Position numbers and translations under genes: made by a program
Source: a bacterium
GTDB taxonomy: Bacteria; UBA8248; JACPRG01; G963555815
Direction of reading: 5' to 3'
Assembly (NCBI GenBank): GCA_965261595.1
Contig: CBDHDG010000002.1
Location: 160,001 to 224,000, forward strand
DNA length: 64,000 nt
The notes under the pieces: generated by a model
What the model was told of the DNA's origin: nothing
The model's input: the letters and a program-made list of their open reading frames with translations, nothing else
Database searches by the model: none
Shown here: in pieces, positions 10,379 through 21,063 of the stretch
Layout of the letters: the number at the start of each line of letters is the position of its first letter
Numbering within the stretch: position 1 is the first letter of the stretch

Positions 10379-11641
10379 TGGACTTACCCCGGTTTCGTGG
10401 AGAGTTAAGCACTTGGGTTTTCAGGGTGTGCGTTGTTGTCTCCTTTCGTAGTTAACGGGTGACAGGTTGTCGATGGAGGAGTGCCAACGATGCGGGTTGT
10501 AGAAGCCCTCGATGAACCCGAACACCTCCATGCGCGCCTCGGCCCGGGTGCGGAAACTGTGGCGAGCGAGGAGCTCGCACTCCAGCGTGGCGAAAAAGCT
10601 CTCACACAGCGCGTTGTCGTAGCAGTCCCCGACCGAACCCATGGAGGGACGCCCGCCCGCCTGCCGGCAGCGCTGCCCAAAGGCGACCGAGGTGTACTGC
10701 GTGCTGCCCTGGTCGGAGTGGTGGATGACGGCCCGGGGACGGCGCTTATACAGCGCCATGTCGAGCGCGTCGAGCACCAACTCGGCCCGCAGGTGTGTGG
10801 CCATCGACCACCCCACGATGCGCCGGCTGAACGCATCGAGCGCCACGGCCAGATACAAAAACCCCGCCCATGTCGGAACGTAGGTGATGTCGGCCACCCA
10901 CAGCCGGTCGGGGGCCTCGGCCGTGAAGTTGCGGTCCACCAGATCAGGGGCCGGCCGCGCCTCCTGCCGGCGCTGCGTCGTGCGCGCTCCCTTGCGCCGA
11001 CTGACGCCCGCAAGTCCCGCCCCACGCATCAGCCTGGCGACGCGCTTGCGGCCCACACGCACTCCCTCAGCCTCCAGCTCGGCATGGACGCGCGGCACGC
11101 CGTAAGTCCCCCGAGAACGCTCGTGGATCGCCTGAATGCGTTTGGTGAGCGCCCGATCGGTACACGAGCGGGCACACGGCGCGCGCCTGCGCCACGCGTA
11201 GTAGCCGCTGGAGGAGACGCCCAGCACCCGGCACATGGTGGCGGTCCGATACATGGCCTGGTTCGCCCTCACGAACCCGTAGATCCGGACGGGATCGAAT
11301 CGGTCTCCCGAGCAAACCAGGCCGCGGCTTTTGCTAAGATCTCCCGCTCCTGGCGGAGCTGTCGGTTCTCGCGGCGAAGTCGGCGCAACTCCTCCCGCTC
11401 ATCGCTCGTGAGCCCGTCTTTGCGACGCCCCTCGTCAACGTCGGCTTGATAGGCCCAGGTGCGGATCGTCTGCGCCGAGGGCTCGAACTCGTGCGCCAGC
11501 GCCTCGGGCGTGCGTCCCGCCCGGACCAACTCTACCATCTGGCAGCGGAACTCCATTGGATAGCGTGGGTGAGTCTGTGGCATCGTGAACACCTCCTTTA
11601 CCCCCAAATCATCAGGTGTCCACCAAACCGGGTCAACTCCA
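10379..11641 (-). mobile_element. IS3-family element type C, copy 1 (orfA 11269-11583, orfB 10421-11272)
   Basis: TG...CA ends with imperfect IRs TGGAGTTGACCCGGTTTGGTGGACA / TGGACTTACCCCGGTTTCGTGGAGA; 3-bp TSD CAT; DDE core WVADITY...HSDQG...DNALCESFF. Confidence 0.95.
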
Positions 11642-11642
11642 C

Positions 11643-12197
11643 ATGGCGCGGATCCGAGAAGCGGACCCATCGGCCGCTCCGCCGGAAATCCAAAAGATCT
11701 TCGAGGAGCAAACAGAGACTTACGGGGAGGTGTTGAACTCCTATCTGATTTCCAGCCACAGGCCCTCCATCCTCCTCGCCAACCAGGCCTTCGGGGGGGC
11801 GATCGAAGAATCGGGGCTGCTCCCGGTGGGGCTGCGGACGCTTCTGAACGTCCGGGTGGCGCAGATCAACGGATGCCCCTTCTGAGCGGACTCCAATTCA
11901 TTCCGTGGAATGAACAGCGGAGAAGACGCGGAGAAGTTTCTCTCGGTGGACCGGTGGCGCGAAAGCGGCCTCTATAGCCGCAGAGAGCGGCTCGCGCTGG
12001 AGGCGGCCGAGGGGATGACGGTCGCGGAGGTCGATGTGAGCGACGACCTCTTCGGGGAGCTGCGGGCCGAGTTCACCGACGAGGAGCTCGTCGAGCTGGC
12101 CGCCGTGATTGCCCTGGAGAACTACCGGAGCAAGTTCAATCACTTCTTCCGGGTCGAGGCCAACGGGCTCTGCAAATGGGAGCCCCCGGAAGCCTGA
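11643..12197 (+). CDS. AhpD/carboxymuconolactone decarboxylase-like probable selenoprotein (CPFU; TGA at 11883-11885)
   Basis: Track ORFs 11616-11885 and 11910-12197 share a frame and are separated only by TGA; RVAQINGCPF-TGA-AD matches the AhpD CxxC motif; hairpin downstream. Confidence 0.85.
11891..11922 (+). promoter_or_regulatory. Candidate bacterial SECIS element
   Basis: Upper stem TTCATTC/GAATGAA with loop CGTG starting 11 nt after TGA; lower stem CTCC/GGAG. Confidence 0.7.
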
Positions 12198-12225
12198 CAC
12201 CTTCGGGGAAGCCGGCCGGGGCGCG

Positions 12226-13068
12226 TCACGGCCGCTCTTTGTAGCGCCGGATGGACAGGACCTTGACATCGCCCAGGGGCTTGGCCCCCGATCCGACCTT
12301 CACATCGCCGATCCGCTCCACGACGTCCATCCCCTTGATCACCTTGCCGAATACGGTGTGCTTTCCCGTGAGCCAGGGGGTGTCCACCAGGTTGATGAAG
12401 AACTGGGACCCGTTGGTGTCGGGGCCGGAGTTGGCCATGGCGATGACCCCCTTTTTCGGGGGGTGCGACCCGCGGGTGTCGTTGTACCGGTAACCCAGGT
12501 TTTGATAAGCCTCCTTCAGGGTGAGGGTTTCGAGCCTCCCCTGTATCTCTTCGATCTTTTGCTTGATTCGTTCTTTCGACCGGATGCCCATGGACCGGAG
12601 CAAGGGAGAGAGCAGGACCCTTTGGAAGTCCCGTTGGTTGCGCACCATCAGAAATCGATGGGGTTGTCCCGGTTGACCGCTGTAGGCCTTCATGTTGTGG
12701 AGGCCGAGGGCGTCGGCGTTGATCTCGTCCGGTATCCGATACCCCGGACCCCCGGTTCCGGTCCCCTTGGGATCGCCCCCCTGGAGCATGAAGTTTTTGA
12801 TGACCCGGTGGAAAATCGTGTTGTCGTAGTAGTGCCCTTTGGCTTTGCCGCCGGTCTTCGGATCCGTGTACTCCTTCTTCCCTTCCGCCAAATCGAGGAA
12901 GTTCGCCACCGTCCCGGGCGTTTCCCGGATGAAGAGCTCCACGTAAATATCGCCGAGACTCGTCCGGATGAGCGCGACGGGATTGCGGGGATCCTCCAAC
13001 TGAAGTCCCGCGGCCGTTCCAGGCAGGGCCGAGAAGAGGAACAGGGCAATCGTCAGGATGAATTTCAT
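12226..13068 (-). CDS. Cyclophilin-type peptidyl-prolyl cis-trans isomerase, secreted, with internal insertion
   Basis: [51 protein letters not shown]. Confidence 0.92.
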   Translation of the reverse strand: [280 protein letters not shown]

Positions 13069-13628
13069 TTTTTCAGGCTCCCGGTTGAGGCCGAGTGGAG
13101 AGCGGCAAATCGGTCATTCGGCGATCGGAGGGCCGGCGGTTTTCCCGCCGGGACCCTTTCATCGGCCCGGCCATGACCGCGCCGTCTAAAATACAGGGAA
13201 CCGGATTGCGGTTCAATCAGGCGCCAGGTCAGCGTAAAGGTTCATTTTCGTCAGGGGATGGTGAAATTCCGGTGAATCATTTCGTTCAAATTTAAAATCA
13301 GATCCTCTCCTTCCACTCGGATTTCAGGAAGAATCGTAAACTTTTGTCAAGGCAGCTCCTGTTCATGGCGAAAATAAAGCAAGCCGCCGCCTCCTTTGAA
13401 TTCCTGGTTAACCGGGAGGCCTGGTTATGGTCTGTTGTTCGAAGGATTTCGAAATCCTGCTAATCTGGAAGGATAGCTTGAATAGGCTGAGAGGACTTAG
13501 AATCGGGTAATACGAGGAACGAAATCCGGCCAGCTTAGAATTCTTCAAGGAGTGAAACGTATGAGCTGACCCCGACCAACTCTTTTCGTCCTTCCGACAA
13601 TCCAGGAATATTCCCCTTAGGGAGGGGT

Positions 13629-15032
13629 TCCCCCGCTCTAGGGTTTTGTTGGACACTCGATTGATCCATGATTCATGGAGAAAGGGGTGTCGCGATGAAC
13701 GAACAAAAGCAAGAGGGGGCTTTGGCGGAGGGCGCCCGCAGGGCGAACGGAGCCAAGGCCCCAGGGCATCGCAGTGAGCGGGGTCGGTTCTCCTGCCAGC
13801 GCAAGCGGGAGGCGGTCCTGCGTCTTTTGCGGGGCGAGAGCCTGGAGACGCTCTGCCGCGAGTTGGGCACGACAGCGGCTCGGCTTTCCGCCTGGCGCGA
13901 GGCGTTCCTTCGCGGGGGCGAGGCGGCGCTCAAAGCTCGCCCGGCGGATGAGCGGGACGAGGAGAACGCCCGGCTCAAGGCCAAGGTGGGCGAACTCACG
14001 ATGGAGGGCGAGGTCCTGCGGGAGAAGATCGACCGCCTGGAGGCCGGCCGCCCTTTAGCCGGCAGGAGGTGGAGGCGATGAGTCAGGCCCGCTTCACCTC
14101 CACGGGCAGAGCCTACGGCCTGAAGCGGGTGTGCGCCCTTTGGGGCTTGGCGCGCTCCACGGTCTACGCGCAACGGCGGCGAGAGGCGGTCCCCGTTCAT
14201 GAACGCCCCACGCCCAATAAGCGCGGCCCTGTGGGCCCGTGCACCGATGCGGAACTCCTCGGTCACATCCGGCAGGTCCTGGAGGACTCTCCCTTCCATG
14301 GCGAGGGCTACCGCAAGGTGTGGGCGAGGCTGCGCTTCGCGGGCATCCGCACCAGCAAGGAGCGGGTGCGTCGCCTGATGCGGGAGGCGGGGCTTCAGGC
14401 CCCCCACCGGGTGGGCAAACCCCGAGGTCCCAAGGCCCACAACGGGACCATCCGCACCGAGCGGCCCGACCGAATGTGGGGCACGGACATGACGACGACG
14501 GTGACCACCGAGGAGGGGATGGCCTCGGTGTTCGCGGCGGTGGATCACTGCTCGGTGGACTGCGTGGGGATCCATGCGGCCAAGAGCGGCAACCGCTTCG
14601 AGGCCCTGGAGCCGATCCGGCAGGGGGTCGCCGAGCGCTTCGCCGGCTTGGAGGCGGACGTCGCCGAGGGGCTTAAAGTTCGTCACGACCACGGCCCCGC
14701 CTATCTGTCCGATGACTTTCAGCGGGAGATCGCCTACCTGGGCATGACCAGTTCGCCCAGCTTCGTGCGGGCGCCCGAGGGAAATGGCTACTGTGAGTGG
14801 TTTATCCGCATCTTGAAGGAGAATCTCCTGTGGGTGCGCTCTTTCGCCACCGTAGAGGAACTGCGGTGGGCGCTGCTTGAGTTCAAGAACCTGTACAACC
14901 ATCATTGGATTCTCGAGGGCTACGGCTACCGAACGCCGGCCCAGGCAAGGCAGGAAAAACTCGCTCAAGTTGCGGAGGCCGCATGAGGTCGAATACCCTC
15001 ACCCGAGTGTCCAATAACCCAGGGGCGGTCCA
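13629..15032 (+). mobile_element. IS3-family element type A, copy 1 (1404 bp; orfA 13668-14081, orfB 14069-14986)
   Basis: IRs TCCCCCGCTCTAGGGTTTTGTTGGACACTCG / CGAGTGTCCAATAACCCAGGGGCGGTCCA; TSD GGGT; integrase core WGTD...HDHG...GNGYCE. Confidence 0.95.
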
Positions 15033-15075
15033 GGGTCTTTGTAAACCGGTTCAACGAATTGAAGATTTCCGAACT

Positions 15076-15482
15076 ATGTCTTCTTTTACCTACTTGCTAG
15101 CAAGCCTTGCATTTGTGACCCTTTTCGGGATCCTCTTTCTGTGCCGGCCCGACGGACGGCGGGCCATGTGGTCCACCGGCCTAACCATGGCCCCAATGGG
15201 ACCCCTTAGCCAGTATTGGCATATATAAGGATTACTGGGAGCCCATTCACGTTCTTCGTTGGATTGTGGGCGCCTGGCGCTTTGGCATTGAAGACCTTCT
15301 TTTCGCGTTTGCCTTTTCGGGAACCTCGGCCGGGCTATTTATGTGGTTGGTGGAAGGTCGCTCAAAGCGCCCATCCATCCTTCCCACCGGACGCATCAGT
15401 CCCGCACGGATGGCCATGCAGAACAATTGTCTGAAAAATCTGCACCGCTCACCTTCCGGGTTTCAAGGCATCCGTTTGGGCG
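15076..15482 (+). pseudogene. Membrane protein remnant (lycopene-cyclase-domain-like), frameshifted and IS-truncated
   Basis: MSSFTYLLASLAFVTLFGILF...YWHI, frameshift at ATATATAA (about 15221-15228), then DYWEP...GIEDLLFAF. Confidence 0.5.
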
Positions 15483-16753
15483 TGACCTGCCCCCCTGAAA
15501 CCGGTCCGGTTTGAGAGTTAGGATTTTCGCACGGCTTTCGGGACTGGATTGGCCTAGAAAGGGGGCAATGATGAGTCGGAAGCGATTCACCGCGGAGCAG
15601 ATCATCCACAAGCTTCGTCAGGCCGAGGTGGAGTTGGCCAATGGGCAGAGGATGGCTCAGGTCTGCAAGACGCTGGGGATCTCCGAGCAGACCTATTACC
15701 GGTGGCGGCGGGAGTACGGAGGCCTGCGCCTGGACCAGGCGAAACGACTGAAGACACTGGAGCAGGAAAACGCCCGGCTAAAGAAGCTGGTGGCCGAGCA
15801 GGCCCTGGATAACGCCATCTTGAAGGAGGCCTCCCAGGGAAACTTCTGAGCCCGCCTGCGCGGCGGCGGGCGATGGAGCATGTGCGGGAGAAGCTGAGCG
15901 TGTCCGAACGTCGCGCCTGCCGGGTGCTGGGTCAGGCCCGCTCGACTCAGCGGCGCTCTGCCCAGGTCCCTGACGATGAGGCCCGTTTGGTGGCGCGGGT
16001 GACAGAGCTGGCGAGCGAGTACGGACGGTACGGCTACCGGAGGATAACGGCTCTGTTGGAAAGAGAAGGCTGGCGAGTGAATCACAAGGGGGTGGAGCGG
16101 ATCTGGCGCCAGGAAGGCCTGAAGGCGCCGAAGAGACAGCCCAAGCGAGGGCGTTTATGGCTGAACGACGGCTCTTGTGTTCGCAAGCGTCCGTCTTATC
16201 GGAATCATGTGTGGTCCTACGACTTCCTGGCCGCGAGGACGCACGATGGGCGGCCTTTACGGATGCTGGCTGTGATGGATGAGTTGACCCGGGAGCGCTT
16301 GGCCCTTGATGTAGAGAGAAGACTCAACTCCGAGGACGTCCTGGACCGCCTCACCGAGTTGTTCGTCCGGCGTGGCCTGCCGGCTTATATCCGCTCGGAC
16401 AACGGGGCGGAGTTCACGGCGAATGCGGTGAGAGGGTGGCTCACCCGTCTTGGGGTGAGAACGCTTTACATCGAGCGGGGCAGTCCCTGGGAGAACGGCT
16501 ATGTGGAGTCCTTCATCGGCAAGCTGCGCGATGAGCTGCTCAACGGGGAGATCTTCTACACCCTGACAGAGGCCAAGGTGTTGGTGGAGAGATGGCGACA
16601 ACTCTACAACCGGGTAAGGCCCCATAGTGCCTTGGGCTACCGGCCCCCGGCGCCGGAGGCCATCGAACCAATGCCTCCGGGCATCCCTACACTTTCGGAT
16701 ATCGGGGAGAAGAGACTAACTCAAAAAGTGGTACAACTTTAGGGGGCGGGTCA
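15483..16753 (+). mobile_element. IS3-family element type B (IS407-group-like), copy 1 (orfA about 15568-15849, orfB 15873-16742)
   Basis: Ends TGACCTGCCCC / GGGGCGGGTCA; GGGAAAC slippery site before the orfA stop; WSYDF...RSDNGAEF...SPWENGYVESF; no TSD. Confidence 0.95.
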
Positions 16754-16818
16754 CCTCACGCATACTCCTCAACGCAATGATCACTTGGGCGGGAGAATGG
16801 ACCCGCAGCTCAGACGCT

Positions 16819-16843
16819 GGATTCCCGCCTGCGCGGGAATGAC
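16819..16843. repeat. REP-like palindrome GGATTCCCGCCTGCGCGGGAATGAC
   Basis: ATTCCCGC-CTGC-GCGGGAAT hairpin of the ATTCCC-N8-GGGAAT type. Confidence 0.6.
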
Positions 16844-17028
16844 GGCTCGGGGTGGACGTTCCCCTGTTCTCACGATTCCCGGGGCCGCACGGCCGATGAA
16901 AACTGGGGATCACTGGGCAGATCCGATCTGCACACCCTACATTCCCCTGTGTACCACTTCGGCTTGTCCGCCGGTTTGGGGAATGACCGTTTTGGAGACC
17001 CGACCCTCCCCCTCCCCCCCCTCCGGCT

Positions 17029-17862
17029 TCATTTTCCCTGAAACCTCGGCGGCCGCTTCTCGGCGAAGGCGCGCAGAGCCTCGTTCCGGTCCTCGGTGGC
17101 CAGCGTGACGTTGTACGCCGCCTCCTCGATCTCCCAGCCCCGGGACGGCGGTTTCCCCAGGCCGCCGTCGATGGCCGCCTTGGCCTGTTGGAGCGAGATG
17201 GGCGCGTTCGCCGTGATCGACCGGGCGAGCGCCCGAGCGGCCTTTCCCGCCTCGCCGGGGGGGACGACCCGGTCCGTGACGCCCAGGCGATCGGCCTCGC
17301 GCGCGTCGATCCTTCGGGCCGTGAAGATGAGCTCCTTCGCCCGCCCGACGCCGATCCGCCGGGGGAGCGCCTGCGTCCCGCCGGCCCCCGGGATGATTCC
17401 CAGGCTTGTCTCCGTCAGACCGAAGACGGCCGTCTCGTCCGCGATGATGATGTCGCACGCCAGCGCCAGCTCGAACCCGCCTCCCAGGGCGTAGCCGTGG
17501 ACGGCCGCGATGAGCGGCTTCGGAAACTCGGTGATCTTCCGAACCATGGCGATCATCTCCTTTCGGAGCTTCGCCACGTCCGGCATGGCCAGGGCCTTCC
17601 GCTCCTTCAGGTCCGCCCCGGCGCAGAAGGCCCGGTCCCCCGCTCCTTCGAGACATGCCGCCCAGACGCCGTCGTCCCGGGACAACGCCTCCATCGCGGC
17701 ATCCATCCGCCGGATGAGGTCCCAGTTGATGGTGTTCAGGGCCTCGGGCCGGTTCAGGAGAACGCGGGCGATGCGGTCCTCGACGGCGACCTCGATGATG
17801 GACCCCTCACTGATGGGACCATCTCTGATGGGAGCGTCCGGCATGGCGGGGAGGTCCTCCAT
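17029..17862 (-). CDS. Enoyl-CoA hydratase/isomerase
   Basis: AFCAGADLKE, GYALGGGFELALACD, FGLTETSLGIIPGAGGTQ, AFAEKRPP. Confidence 0.93.
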   Translation of the reverse strand: MEDLPAMPDAPIRDGPISEGSIIEVAVEDRIARVLLNRPEALNTINWDLIRRMDAAMEALSRDDGVWAACLEGAGDRAFCAGADLKERKALAMPDVAKLRKEMIAMVRKITEFPKPLIAAVHGYALGGGFELALACDIIIADETAVFGLTETSLGIIPGAGGTQALPRRIGVGRAKELIFTARRIDAREADRLGVTDRVVPPGEAGKAARALARSITANAPISLQQAKAAIDGGLGKPPSRGWEIEEAAYNVTLATEDRNEALRAFAEKRPPRFQGK

Positions 17863-17982
17863 GGAATGGCGCGTCCCGCGGAGACACAGGGTTCGCCGCG
17901 GTTATGGCCCGAATCCCGGCCCGTGGATTATATATAGGCCAGGAGAATTTCCCCCGACCCATCAAATCGCGAGAGGTCCGAG

Positions 17983-18348
17983 ATGAGCATCGACCGATAC
18001 GTCTATCACGAAGAGGATGCGCCCACGTACACGCCCGCCGGCCACGATGGGACCGTCAACCGGCGGCTGATCGGAGAGGCGGAAAACTTCCACCTGGTTC
18101 TCGGGACGCTGGAGAAGGGGGCGGTGGCCCACCGTCATTCCCATTCCGACCTGGAGCAGGGGATGTATGTCTTGGAGGGCCGGGCGCGGATCGAGATCGA
18201 CGGGGAGGCGAAGGAAGTCGGGGAAGGGGGCGTGATCTTCTTCCCGGTGGGTGTGCCGCACAGGATCGAGGCCCTGGGCGATCCCGTCACGCGGTTCCTG
18301 ATCGTCTATTCCCCGCCCCTCAAAGCGCATCCGGACCCGACGCCCTAG
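17983..18348 (+). CDS. Cupin domain protein
   Basis: HSHSDLEQGMYVLEG and FFPVGVPHRI cupin motifs. Confidence 0.88.
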   Translation: MSIDRYVYHEEDAPTYTPAGHDGTVNRRLIGEAENFHLVLGTLEKGAVAHRHSHSDLEQGMYVLEGRARIEIDGEAKEVGEGGVIFFPVGVPHRIEALGDPVTRFLIVYSPPLKAHPDPTP

Positions 18349-18399
18349 CCTCGTGTCTCCAAAATAGAAGGACACTTCACAAATTGCAGAGAAGGCGGG

Positions 18400-18498
18400 C
18401 AAGGGGTCAACCGACCCAAATGCCCGCCCTACCTGTTTTGAAAACACCGCCTTTCCACCGTTCCGGAAGGCCGGGCATTTGGGTCGGTTGACCCCTTG
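18400..18498. repeat. Perfect 27-bp inverted repeat with 45-bp spacer between convergent genes
   Basis: CAAGGGGTCAACCGACCCAAATGCCCG (18400-18426) and its exact reverse complement (18472-18498). Confidence 0.9.
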
Positions 18499-18571
18499 GC
18501 CGGCCGGAAAGGGACAATTCGGGTCTCGATATGTAAAACCATTTACGAGACAATAGCCTCGCGGGCGCCCT

Positions 18572-19522
18572 TCATCCCCCGGCGCTTCCGTCCGCCGTGA
18601 AGAGCTTCCGAATGAACGCGTCCAGCCGCTGGAAATACGCTTCCCCTCCGACGGCGTAGGTGTCGTTGTGTCCCGCCCCTTGGATGACGTAAAACGCCTT
18701 CGGGTCGTTGGCGGCTTCGAACAGGGCCTTCCCCATGGAGAACGGCACAATGTCGTCGCGATCTCCGTGGAGGACCAATAGCGGCAAGCGGATCTTTTTG
18801 ATCTTCGACAGGTTGTCGTATTTCGTTTTCATGTATCTTCCGATCGGAACGACGTAGAGCTTTTTCGCCATCGCCCCGACGGAGGTGAAAGGGGACTCCA
18901 GGATCAGGCCCGCCGCCAGCCGGCGCAGGGTCTCCTCCAGGGCGACCGAGGCCCCGAGGGACCTGCCGAAGTGAACCAGCCGATCCCTGTCCACGTCCTT
19001 GCGGGACAGCAGATACCGGACCGCCCCCTCGGCGTCGCGGTAGGTCCCTTCCTCCGAAGGCGTTCCTTCGCTCCGGCCGTATCCCCGATAGTCGAAGATG
19101 AAGATGTTCGCCGCGACTTTCTGATGAAGAAGGGCGATGTTCTCCACCCTATGGCTGAGGTTTCCGCCGTTTCCGGGGAACCAGGTGAGGGTGGGCGTCC
19201 TGCCCGTCGCCGTCCCGCCCGCGCGGGCGGGGACGAACCAGCCGTGCAGCTTGACGCCGTCCGGGGCCTTGAAGCGAACGTCCTCGAACGCCACCCCCCG
19301 GTCGCCGGGCGTCAGAAAAATCTCGCGCGCGGGGTGGTAGATGAAGAACCGTTCGATCCGCTCGCGACAACTTCCCAGAATCAAAAGGAGAACAACCGCG
19401 TACAACGAGAGGCGGACGGCTGGTTTGCGCCATGAGAAGCGCTTCGCCCCTTTGGGGCGTTCGCCGACGTTCCGCGCGGGGGGGGAAGTGCGGTCCATGG
19501 GTTTTCGGGAAGGGTTTTCCAT
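18572..19522 (-). CDS. Alpha/beta hydrolase
   Basis: FDYRGYGRSEG, GRSLG nucleophile elbow, HGDRDDIVP, GAGHND. Confidence 0.9.
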   Translation of the reverse strand: MENPSRKPMDRTSPPARNVGERPKGAKRFSWRKPAVRLSLYAVVLLLILGSCRERIERFFIYHPAREIFLTPGDRGVAFEDVRFKAPDGVKLHGWFVPARAGGTATGRTPTLTWFPGNGGNLSHRVENIALLHQKVAANIFIFDYRGYGRSEGTPSEEGTYRDAEGAVRYLLSRKDVDRDRLVHFGRSLGASVALEETLRRLAAGLILESPFTSVGAMAKKLYVVPIGRYMKTKYDNLSKIKKIRLPLLVLHGDRDDIVPFSMGKALFEAANDPKAFYVIQGAGHNDTYAVGGEAYFQRLDAFIRKLFTADGSAGG

Positions 19523-19554
19523 TCGCTTGATCCGCGTCTTCGCAAGGCCATCGA

Positions 19555-20889
19555 CTACAAAAACTCCTCCAGCTTTACATCGTCCAGGAACGGATATTCC
19601 AGGAGCTCGTATTCCGAGCGATCGACGCCCTCCGGAATCGTGGCGTCAATGCCCATCTTGGACGTGATGGGGAGCGCGCCCCTGGGAAGATGGGAGGCCA
19701 TGACGCTCGGATCCAGGTGCTTTCCCCGCGCGCCGGAGACGAAGATCACGTCTTGATCCGGTTGTACGCGGAAGGCCAGGGCCCGCTCGACGGCCTGGGG
19801 ATCGGTGATGTCCACGTCATCGTCCGTCACGATGGCCAGCTTGACGATGCCCAGGGACATCAAGGCCAGGACGGCGTTTTTCCCCTCTCCGGGACGCTTG
19901 CGGATCGACGCGTACAGGTGCCAGCAGCAAGAGCCCGCCGGCGTCGCGTAGACCGCCGTGGTCTGGACGCTGGCCTCCCGAAGCGCCCGCCAGCCGACCG
20001 CCTCGATATAAGGCGCCGCCAGCCAGTAGGTCTCGGCCGGCATGAAGACGGTCTGGAAGATGGGCCGCTTGCGGTGGGTGATCGCCTTGACCTTGAACAC
20101 CGGATTCCAGCGAATGGAGCCCTGGAACCTGGTGAAGTCGCCGTAAGGGCCCTCGTCCTCCTGCCAGCCGACAGGCGTGATCTCCCCTTCCAGGACGATC
20201 TCGGCCGAGGCCGGGACCTCCAGGTCCACGGTGCGGCAGCGCACGAGCCGGACCGGCTCCCCGGACAGGGCGCCCGCCACGGCGAACTCGCCCATCCCGG
20301 CGGGCGCCTTGTACGCGGCGGCCAGGAATTCGGGCGTTGTCATCCCCAGAGCGACGGCGATGGGAAGGGCCTCGCCACGCCCCTGGAACCGCTCGTAGGT
20401 CGTCCGCATGTCCGTGGGGGAAACCAGGTCGATTCCGGTCTCGTTGCGGCTCCGGTACATGAGCCGGTAACAGCCGACGTTTCGCCGTCCCTCCTCGTCT
20501 TTCGACACCACGACTCCGGCGGAGATGTAGGGGCCGCCGTCTTTGCGGTGCTGGAAGGGGAGAGGGAGCTCCGTCAGGTCCACTTCATCCCCGACCTTAA
20601 CGACCTCTTGGACGCAGCCGTCGGGGACGATCTCCGGCGGTATCGGCCGCGCCAATGCCTCCAGGAAGGTCTTCCCCAGCTCCTTTTCATCCGTCGCCAG
20701 CCCCAGGGCCAGGCGGTTGCGCGAGCCGACCAATCCCCCCGCGACGGCAACGTCGTAACCCTCGACGTCTTCGAACAGGACGGCTTTGTCGGACTGGGCG
20801 AGAAGGGTGTTCAAATACCGGGGCGGAACGGGTTTCCGGATCCGCACCAACTCTCCGTTGCTTTCCAGGTGGTCCAGGAGCCCCCGCAT
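19555..20889 (-). CDS. UbiD family (de)carboxylase
   Basis: DGGPYISAG, NVGCYR, VPASAEIVLEG, EGPYGDF, VTDDDVDI, KMGIDAT. Confidence 0.92.
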   Translation of the reverse strand: MRGLLDHLESNGELVRIRKPVPPRYLNTLLAQSDKAVLFEDVEGYDVAVAGGLVGSRNRLALGLATDEKELGKTFLEALARPIPPEIVPDGCVQEVVKVGDEVDLTELPLPFQHRKDGGPYISAGVVVSKDEEGRRNVGCYRLMYRSRNETGIDLVSPTDMRTTYERFQGRGEALPIAVALGMTTPEFLAAAYKAPAGMGEFAVAGALSGEPVRLVRCRTVDLEVPASAEIVLEGEITPVGWQEDEGPYGDFTRFQGSIRWNPVFKVKAITHRKRPIFQTVFMPAETYWLAAPYIEAVGWRALREASVQTTAVYATPAGSCCWHLYASIRKRPGEGKNAVLALMSLGIVKLAIVTDDDVDITDPQAVERALAFRVQPDQDVIFVSGARGKHLDPSVMASHLPRGALPITSKMGIDATIPEGVDRSEYELLEYPFLDDVKLEEFL

Positions 20890-21063
20890 GTCCCGGTAAG
20901 GAAGCCTCGGGCGCGGATCGGACCCGATCTCCCGCTCGACCCCGAGTTTTTCCCTGCCGGTCTCCTTTGCGCGCTCCGCGGGCGCCCCGCCTCCGCCCCC
21001 TTTACGCGAGGGAGGATCGGCCCCGCCCGAGTTACCCTCGCCGGCCGCTTACTTCTTCCAGGA

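Noticed and set aside
13673..14968. 431-aa antisense ORF repeated in IS type A copies
   Set aside because: Shadow of the GC-rich transposase frames with no recognisable motif; it recurs only because the IS copies are near-identical.
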